In this document: positions 42,922 to 49,016 of the stretch, piece after piece
Numbering within the stretch: position 1 is the first letter of the stretch
Layout: every line of letters starts with the position of its first letter
NCBI GenBank assembly: GCA_013698335.1
Contig: JACCVG010000205.1
Coordinates: 1 to 49,016 of the forward strand
DNA: 49,016 nt
Direction of reading: 5' to 3'
From: Thermoleophilaceae bacterium
GTDB taxonomy: Bacteria > Actinomycetota > Thermoleophilia > Solirubrobacterales > Thermoleophilaceae
Program-made: the position numbers and the translations under genes
The notes under the pieces: generated by a model
What the model saw: the letters and a program-made list of their open reading frames with translations, nothing else
The model's database searches: none
What the model was told of the DNA's origin: nothing

Positions 42922-45375
42922 TCAGCTTTCAGTCGACGGGCTGCTCGCCGGGGCGACGAGCTCACCCTGACCGGCGGGCAGAGCCGCCAGAAGTCGCGGC
43001 AGGTCGCCTTCGCTGACGAGCACTTGGCGCGCCTTCGATCCCTCGAACCCCGAGATCACTCCGCGGCGCTCCATCATGTCGATCAGCCGACCGGCCCGCG
43101 TGTAGCCGACCCGCAGCCGCCGCTGCAACATCGAGGTGGACGCCGTCCCCATCTGGACGACGGTGGCGATCGCGTCCGCGAGCAGGTCGTCGGCGTCCGG
43201 ATCGAAGTCCGGATCGCCCTCGCGCTCTTGGATCTCGACCTCCTCCAGCAGTTCGAGCTTTAGTTCCGGCTCGCCCTGGCGTCGCCAGAAGTCGGTGATC
43301 TTCTCGATCTCGGCCTCTTCGATCAGGCTGCCCTGGATCCGCGAGGTGCGCGATTGGCCCACCGGCTTGAAGAGCATGTCGCCCTGACCGAGCAGCGATT
43401 CGGCGCCGTTCTGGTCGAGGATCACGCGCGAGTCGGTCTGCGAGGAGACCGCGAATGCGATTCGAGCCGGGACGTTGGCCTTGATCATGCCGGTGATGAT
43501 GTCCGCGCTCGGGCGCTGGGTCGCGAGCAATAGGTGGATCCCCACCGCGCGCGACTTCTGCGCCAGGCGGATGATCGAGTCCTCGACCTCGGTCGCGGCG
43601 ACCATCATCAGATCGGCGAGCTCGTCGATGACGCAGAGGATGTAGGGCAGCGGCGGCTCGCCCTCACGTTTGCGCAGCTTGTTGAACTCGACGATGTTCC
43701 GTGCTCGGACACCCGCCATGATGGCGTAGCGCTGCTCCATCTCCTTGATCAGGTTGGAGAGCACGTTGGCAGCCAGTCGCGGCGTCGTGACCACCGGCGT
43801 GAGCAGATGGGGAATGCCCTCGTAATAGTTGAGTTCGACGGCCTTGGGATCGACCAGGACCATCTTCACCTCGTTCGGAGTGGCCCGCAGCAGGATCGAG
43901 CAGAGCATCGCGTTGACCGCACCGGACTTGCCCGAGCCGGTCGTACCCGCGATCAGGAGGTGGGGCTGCTTCGCCAGATCAGTGCCGATTGCGTTGCCTG
44001 CAATGTCCTTGCCGAGCCAGACGGCGAGCGGCGAGTAGTCCTTCGGGCTTGGCTGGAGCACGTCCCCAAGCCGGACCGTCCGCCGGATGTCGTTGGGGAT
44101 CTCCACCCCGACTGCCTGACGACCGGGGATCGGGGCGAGGATCCGAACATCTGCGGCCGCGAGTTGGTAGGAGAGATCATCCTTGAGCTGAGCGACCTTG
44201 GAGACCCGGGTCCCCGGCGCGAGACGCAGCTCAAAACGGGTGACGTGCGGGCCTGAGACGGTCCCGATCAACTTCGCCTCGACGCCGAAATGGCCGAGCG
44301 CCTGGACCAGTTCCTTGCCCTTGAGGTCGGCCGAGGCCGTATCGACCTTGACGCCCCCGCCTTCGGAGCGTCGCAGCATCGCCTCGTTCGGCAGCAGGTA
44401 GTCCTGGCCATCGCCCTCCGTTATGGGAGTTCGAGGGTTGCCCATCGGAGTCAGTTCGATCTCCGCGGCGTCCTCTGCCCTTCCACGCCCCTCGACATCG
44501 ACGACTTCGACGTCGACGCCGAGCTCGAACTCGGGAACCTCGACGGCGAGATCCTCGGAGTCCTGCTCGTCGTACGCGGGGATCGGAGCTTCGACGTGCG
44601 TGGCGTGAACCACCGGCTCGACCTCGGGCGGCCGCACCTCACGCGGCTCCGTTGGCTCGTAATCGTCGGGCTCCTCGCCGGGGGAACGTGCGTCGCGGCC
44701 GGTGATCACGCTCGCGAACTCCCCGGTCGAGCGGCGCACCCGCGCCGTCGTCGATTGAACCCCTGCGTGCGTGGCGCGCAATACCCCCGCCACCGAGGCG
44801 CCGGTCAGCAGCAGGATCGCGGCGAGCAGCAGGAAGACGAACAGGATCGAGGTCCCCGCATCCTGGACGAGGCCGTCAGAGACCCAGTGCAGCAGCTCTC
44901 CGACTAGTCCCCCGTGCGAGGAGAGAAAAGCGGGATCGGTCTCGAAGGCTGCCTCGCGGAGGGGGAGCTTCGGCCCGATGCCGAGCACCCGTCCGGCGAG
45001 ACCGAGCGTCAGGGCGGCAACGAGACACACCGCTCCGGTCCGGAACGGCCGGACCGAGGGCAGCATCGGCCCGACGATCATCAGCGCGCCGGTCCCGAAC
45101 AGAAGGACGGGCATCAGGTATCCGACGCCGCCGAGCAGCACCCGGGTCGCGTTGGCGATCGCGCCCCCGACCTGTCCACCGTCCCAGCCCAGGTAGAAGA
45201 CCAGCGCGAGAAACGCCGCGAGGGCGACCAGCGCGAGTCCGATCAGGTCGAGATCGCGCTGCTGGAGCTCGGGCATGCGGATCGAAGGCCTGGAGCTACG
45301 ACGTGCACGGACCTTCGGCCGGGGCTTTGCGCGGCGAGAGGTTGCTCTGCGACTGGTCGTCTTGCGCGTGGCCAT
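42922..45375 (-). CDS. ftsK: DNA translocase FtsK/SpoIIIE
   Basis: N-terminal TM helices are present. Walker A is AGTTGSGKS. Walker B is CVIDELADLM. A C-terminal gamma winged-helix is present (STSMLQRRLRVGYTRAGRLID). ATG 45375 (MATRKTT) is preferred over GTG 45429. Confidence 0.9.
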   Translation of the reverse strand: MATRKTTSRRATSRRAKPRPKVRARRSSRPSIRMPELQQRDLDLIGLALVALAAFLALVFYLGWDGGQVGGAIANATRVLLGGVGYLMPVLLFGTGALMIVGPMLPSVRPFRTGAVCLVAALTLGLAGRVLGIGPKLPLREAAFETDPAFLSSHGGLVGELLHWVSDGLVQDAGTSILFVFLLLAAILLLTGASVAGVLRATHAGVQSTTARVRRSTGEFASVITGRDARSPGEEPDDYEPTEPREVRPPEVEPVVHATHVEAPIPAYDEQDSEDLAVEVPEFELGVDVEVVDVEGRGRAEDAAEIELTPMGNPRTPITEGDGQDYLLPNEAMLRRSEGGGVKVDTASADLKGKELVQALGHFGVEAKLIGTVSGPHVTRFELRLAPGTRVSKVAQLKDDLSYQLAAADVRILAPIPGRQAVGVEIPNDIRRTVRLGDVLQPSPKDYSPLAVWLGKDIAGNAIGTDLAKQPHLLIAGTTGSGKSGAVNAMLCSILLRATPNEVKMVLVDPKAVELNYYEGIPHLLTPVVTTPRLAANVLSNLIKEMEQRYAIMAGVRARNIVEFNKLRKREGEPPLPYILCVIDELADLMMVAATEVEDSIIRLAQKSRAVGIHLLLATQRPSADIITGMIKANVPARIAFAVSSQTDSRVILDQNGAESLLGQGDMLFKPVGQSRTSRIQGSLIEEAEIEKITDFWRRQGEPELKLELLEEVEIQEREGDPDFDPDADDLLADAIATVVQMGTASTSMLQRRLRVGYTRAGRLIDMMERRGVISGFEGSKARQVLVSEGDLPRLLAALPAGQGELVAPASSPSTES

Positions 45376-45435
45376 CGGGCGAGAGAAACCTTCGACACGG
45401 GCGCCGAGGACCCTGCCTCGCCCTACCATTGGGCG

Positions 45436-46116
45436 ATGAACTCCAACGCCAGGGTGCTGGTCGTCGAGGACGACCCCGAGATTGGGGGCGTCCTGCGACG
45501 CTCACTTCGCCTCGAGAGCTATGACGTCCGCGTGTCCGAGGACGGCGAGCAGGCCCTGGTCGACGCGAAGGAGTTCTCGCCCGACGCAATCGTCCTCGAC
45601 CTCGGGCTGCCGAAGCTCGACGGCGTCGAGGTCTGCCGGCGGCTGCGCGCCGAGAGCGATGTCCCGATTCTGATCCTGACCGCCCGCGACGGGGTCGACG
45701 CTCGTGTCCAGGGGCTCGACTCGGGCGCCGATGACTATCTCGTCAAGCCGTTCGATCGCCAGGAGCTGCTCGCTCGCCTGCGCGCGCTCCTGCGCCGTCG
45801 CCCGCCGCGCGGGTCAGCCTTCCTCTCCGTCGGAGACCTACGCCTCAACCCACAGACCCGAGAGGTCGAACGGGGCGGCGACGAGCTCGACCTCACAACA
45901 CGTGAATTCGAGCTGCTCGAGTACCTGATGCGCAACGAGCGGATCGTCGTCTCACGACGGAAGCTGCTCGAGGACGTCTGGGACTACTACGCCTACGCCG
46001 AGACCAATACCGTCGACGTATTCGTCTCGACGTTGCGGCGCAAGCTCGAAGCCGGTGGCCGCCCGCGGCTCCTGCACACGGTACGCGGGGCGGGATACGT
46101 GCTCAGGACCGACTGA
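45436..46116 (+). CDS. OmpR/PhoB-family response regulator
   Basis: The receiver is VLVVEDDPEIG...IVLDLGLPKLDG...LTARD...KPF. The winged-helix is TREFELLEYLM...VRGAGYVL. ATG was verified at 45436. Confidence 0.9.
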   Translation: MNSNARVLVVEDDPEIGGVLRRSLRLESYDVRVSEDGEQALVDAKEFSPDAIVLDLGLPKLDGVEVCRRLRAESDVPILILTARDGVDARVQGLDSGADDYLVKPFDRQELLARLRALLRRRPPRGSAFLSVGDLRLNPQTREVERGGDELDLTTREFELLEYLMRNERIVVSRRKLLEDVWDYYAYAETNTVDVFVSTLRRKLEAGGRPRLLHTVRGAGYVLRTD

Positions 46117-47681
46117 TGCGGCGATCGCGCTCGATGACCATCCGCTGGCGGCTCGCGCTGACGAGCGCGGCGCTGACGTTCATCATCTTGCTCGGTTTCG
46201 CCCTCGTGATCAGCGCGTTCACCACCTCGCGGCTCAAGAGTGACTTCGAGACGAGCCTCAAGGCCGACGCGACCAACCTCACCTCGCGGATCCCCACCCG
46301 TGAGTTCGAGGAGGGATTGATCGCGATCGACCCCGACAAGACCTCGGAGCTGGTGATCGACACGGCCGCCGCCGATGACGCCGCGGTTTGGCTGTTCGAC
46401 CCCACTGGGGAGAACGTCGAGCTCAAGAGTCCGGCGAGCGCGAGCGGTGATGTCGTGCTCCCGCCGGACAACTCGCTCGTCAACATCGACGACCAGGCCT
46501 GCGACTGCACCTACCGGGTCTACACGGCACCGATTCTCGCCGGCGGCGATCCCGGAGACCCACAGGGGTTCATCATGTTCGGGCGCCAACTCGCCGCTCT
46601 CAACGCCACGATCAGCCGCGTCCAGTACTTCCTCGGTCTCGGCGTCCTCGTCGGCACTGGACTCGCGCTGCTGGCCGGTCTCGCGGTCGCGCGCAGGGCG
46701 ATGCGACCGATCTCCGACCTGACCTATGTCGCCCGACATGTCTCGCGCACCCGCGATCCGGCCGTGACCCTGCCCCGCACCCGTGCGAAGGACGAGATCG
46801 CCGACCTGTCTCGCACGCTCGAAGGCATGCTGCGCGCGCTCGACGATGCGCAGCGCGAAGCCGAGGCAACGCTTCGTCGAGAACGGGAGTTCGTCGCCGA
46901 TGCCTCGCACGAGCTGCGCACGCCGCTGACCAGCGTGCTCGCCAACCTCGAGCTCCTCCAAGAGCAGCTCAAGGGCGAGGATGCCGACATCGCTGCCTCG
47001 GCACTGCGCTCGACCCAGCGGATGCGCCGCCTGGTCGCCGACCTGCTGTTCCTGGCGCGCGCCGACACCGGCCATACGGCCGGCAAGCAGTCGACGGACC
47101 TCGCTCACGTGGTCGCCGACGCGGTGGCTGAAACCGCCCCTCTCGCTGCCGATCACGTGATGCGCGTGGAATGCCCCCCGGGGGGGATATTCGTCTGGGG
47201 CATCCAGGACGACCTCCATCGGCTGGTCGTCAATCTGGTTCAGAACGCGCTCTCACACACGCCGCCCGGAACGATCGTGCGACTGAGACTGCGGCGCAAG
47301 GCTGGAACCATGCGTCCCTCGACCAACGGTGGCGAGCCGGTAGCCGAGTCGGTCATCCTCGAGGTCTCCGACAACGGACCGGGCATCGACGAGCAGCAGC
47401 GGGAGAGGATATTCGAGCGGTTCGTCCGTGGCGGCAACGGTTTCTCGGGCAAGGGCAGCGGTCTTGGCCTGGCGATCGTCGGGACGGTCGCGGCCTCACA
47501 CGGCGCAACCGTGAAGCTGACCGACTCGCCGGAGGGCGGCGCGCGGTTCGTCGTCCGGCTCCCGGTCGACGGCTCGTCCGGAGCGCTCGCCCCCGACGAG
47601 GTCGAGGAGCAGTCGCGTTTGGCCGCTCAGACTTCGACGACGACCGGCAGGACGAGGGGCCTGCGCTTCAGGCGGTCGTAG
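46116..47681 (+). CDS. Sensor histidine kinase (two TM, HAMP, HisKA, HATPase_c)
   Basis: ATGA overlap with the regulator gene. The H-box is ADASHELRTPLTS. The N-box is LVQNALSHTP. G1 is DNGPGI. G2 is GSGLGLAIV. The last roughly 40 codons are low-complexity and overlap rnj antisense. Confidence 0.88.
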   Translation: MRRSRSMTIRWRLALTSAALTFIILLGFALVISAFTTSRLKSDFETSLKADATNLTSRIPTREFEEGLIAIDPDKTSELVIDTAAADDAAVWLFDPTGENVELKSPASASGDVVLPPDNSLVNIDDQACDCTYRVYTAPILAGGDPGDPQGFIMFGRQLAALNATISRVQYFLGLGVLVGTGLALLAGLAVARRAMRPISDLTYVARHVSRTRDPAVTLPRTRAKDEIADLSRTLEGMLRALDDAQREAEATLRREREFVADASHELRTPLTSVLANLELLQEQLKGEDADIAASALRSTQRMRRLVADLLFLARADTGHTAGKQSTDLAHVVADAVAETAPLAADHVMRVECPPGGIFVWGIQDDLHRLVVNLVQNALSHTPPGTIVRLRLRRKAGTMRPSTNGGEPVAESVILEVSDNGPGIDEQQRERIFERFVRGGNGFSGKGSGLGLAIVGTVAASHGATVKLTDSPEGGARFVVRLPVDGSSGALAPDEVEEQSRLAAQTSTTTGRTRGLRFRRS

Positions 47682-49016
47682 ACGAACTTCGCGACGTCGT
47701 CGTGGAGATGGCTCTGCAGCAGAGAGATCTCGCGGATCTGCTCACTTGCGGAGTCGGCGAGCGAACGCTCGACCGCGTCGCGGATCTCGTCGACAAGATC
47801 GTCCTGCTCGTCGAGGAACGGTACGCCGCGGAAAATGATCTCGGGCGCGGTCACCGACCGCCCGTCCTGCTCGGAGATCGTGGCGACGACGATGAAGATC
47901 CCGTCGGCCGAGAGCATCCTGCGATCGCGCAGGGCGACGTCCTCGATGTCACCGACGTCGACCCCGTCGACGAAGATCATGCCCGCCTGCTCGCGTTCGC
48001 CGAACCGGGCTCGGTCGCGGTCGATCTCGAGCGGTAGGCCGTTCTCCCCCAGGAAGATGTCCTCGGGGTCGACGCCGACCGCCTCGGCGAGCTGGGAGTG
48101 CAGCCGCAGCCGGCGATGATCGCCGTGGAACGGGAAGACGTAGCGCGGCTTGGTCAGGTTGAGCATCAGCTTGACCTCCTCGGCATACCCGTGGCCGGAG
48201 GCGTGGATCGGGGCGTCCTGGGCCGTGATCACGTCCGCGCCAAGGTGGTAGATCCGGTCGATCGTCTCGTTCACCGCTCGCTCGTTACCGGGGATCGGGG
48301 TGGCGGAGAAGACGACCGTGTCGCCGTCGCGCAGTTCCACCTGGCGATGGTCCCCGTGCGCCATCCGGCGCAGCGCCGACAGCGGTTCGCCTTGGCTGCC
48401 CGTGGAGATGACCACGAGCTTGTGGTCGGGGAAGTCGGCGATCTCTCGTGGCCCGACGAGCGTCCCCTCGGGAATGTCGATGTGGCCGAGGTTGCGCCCG
48501 ATGTTGATGTTCTTGCGCATCGACCGCCCGACGAGGGCGACCTTGCGGCCGAGGGCGCCGGCGGCGTCGACGACCTGCTGGACCCGGTGGATATTGGACG
48601 CGAAGCAGGTGACGACGATCCGTCCGCTGCAGCGGGCGAACGTCTCCTCGAGGTGCGGGCCGACGCTCGATTCCGAGACGGCCACTCCGGGACGGTCGAC
48701 GTTGGTCGAATCGCCGCAGAGCAGCAGCACGCCGTCGCGGCCGAGCTCGGAGAGTCGCGAGACATCGGCCGGGATGCCGTCGACCGGAGTCTGATCGAAC
48801 TTGTAGTCGCCGGTGATCAGTGTCGTCCCGAGCTCGCACGTCAGGGCGACCGCGAACGCATCCGGGATGGAATGGGCCATCTTGACCATCTCGATCGAGA
48901 ACGGCCCGCCGTCGAACGGGTTCCCGGGATGGACGGCCTCGAGCGTGACCTCCTTGATCTTGTGCTCGTCCAGCTTGGAGCGGACCATCTCGATCGGCAG
49001 CGGCCCGGCGTAGATC
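47627..49016 (-). CDS. rnj: Ribonuclease J, C-terminal part (5-prime end lies outside the window)
   Basis: The metallo-beta-lactamase/beta-CASP signatures are ITGDYKFDQTP, VLLLCGDSTN, IHASGHG and FPFHGDHRRL. The frame stays open to the window edge. Confidence 0.9.
   Translation of the reverse strand, partial: IYAGPLPIEMVRSKLDEHKIKEVTLEAVHPGNPFDGGPFSIEMVKMAHSIPDAFAVALTCELGTTLITGDYKFDQTPVDGIPADVSRLSELGRDGVLLLCGDSTNVDRPGVAVSESSVGPHLEETFARCSGRIVVTCFASNIHRVQQVVDAAGALGRKVALVGRSMRKNINIGRNLGHIDIPEGTLVGPREIADFPDHKLVVISTGSQGEPLSALRRMAHGDHRQVELRDGDTVVFSATPIPGNERAVNETIDRIYHLGADVITAQDAPIHASGHGYAEEVKLMLNLTKPRYVFPFHGDHRRLRLHSQLAEAVGVDPEDIFLGENGLPLEIDRDRARFGEREQAGMIFVDGVDVGDIEDVALRDRRMLSADGIFIVVATISEQDGRSVTAPEIIFRGVPFLDEQDDLVDEIRDAVERSLADSASEQIREISLLQSHLHDDVAKFVYDRLKRRPLVLPVVVEV

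Noticed and set aside
1-49016. A search by eye for CRISPR arrays, tRNA/rRNA genes, IS elements, integrases, toxin-antitoxin pairs or defence-island hallmarks.
   Set aside because: No spacer is long enough for a tRNA or CRISPR array, apart from the 15489-15775 leader, which is explained by the riboswitch-like element. No translated ORF shows transposase DDE, integrase, restriction/helicase-nuclease or TA motifs. The window appears to be core chromosome with a few small insertions.

Overview
This is a densely packed, very GC-rich chromosomal segment with about 47 protein genes and almost no non-coding space. Third codon positions are almost all G/C, which produces many long spurious shadow ORFs in the six-frame track. 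The gene content and order are an actinobacterial housekeeping backbone. In window order: dxr-rseP, ispG, proS, the FHA-MerR pair, nadE, dinB, murT/gatD, dut, hflX-dapF-miaA-miaB, recA, cinA, ftsK and rnj. There are also Firmicute-like traits: RNase Y is present, cinA-recA-rny are contiguous, and dapF is coupled to a DapL-type aminotransferase. Together these suggest a deep-branching Actinomycetota lineage of the Thermoleophilia/Rubrobacteria type; this is an inference only. I found no rRNA, tRNA, CRISPR array, transposase, integrase or obvious defence island, so most of the window is ordinary core genome. The items worth a second look are listed below.

1. An 84-aa coiled-coil protein carries a near-exact RsiG-type c-di-GMP-binding motif. 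It sits immediately upstream of a zinc-ribbon/GarA-like FHA protein and a MerR regulator.
2. A ydaO-class (c-di-AMP) riboswitch-like element lies directly upstream of a secreted RlpA-like cell-wall protein.
3. An orphan membrane protein combines a sigma-70 region-4-like HTH, an anti-sigma-like helix, a TM segment and an RskA-type extracytoplasmic domain.
4. A translationally coupled lipid-kinase / murT / SAM-methyltransferase / gatD cassette places an unexpected methyltransferase between the two lipid II amidation subunits.
5. An acyl-CoA ligase / flavodoxin-like / AGPS-like flavoprotein trio is inserted into the dxr-rseP-ispG cluster.
6. A Tat-dependent PhoD with a PHO-box-like direct repeat is inserted between miaA and dapF.

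All functional calls rest on motifs read from the translations. No database search was run.
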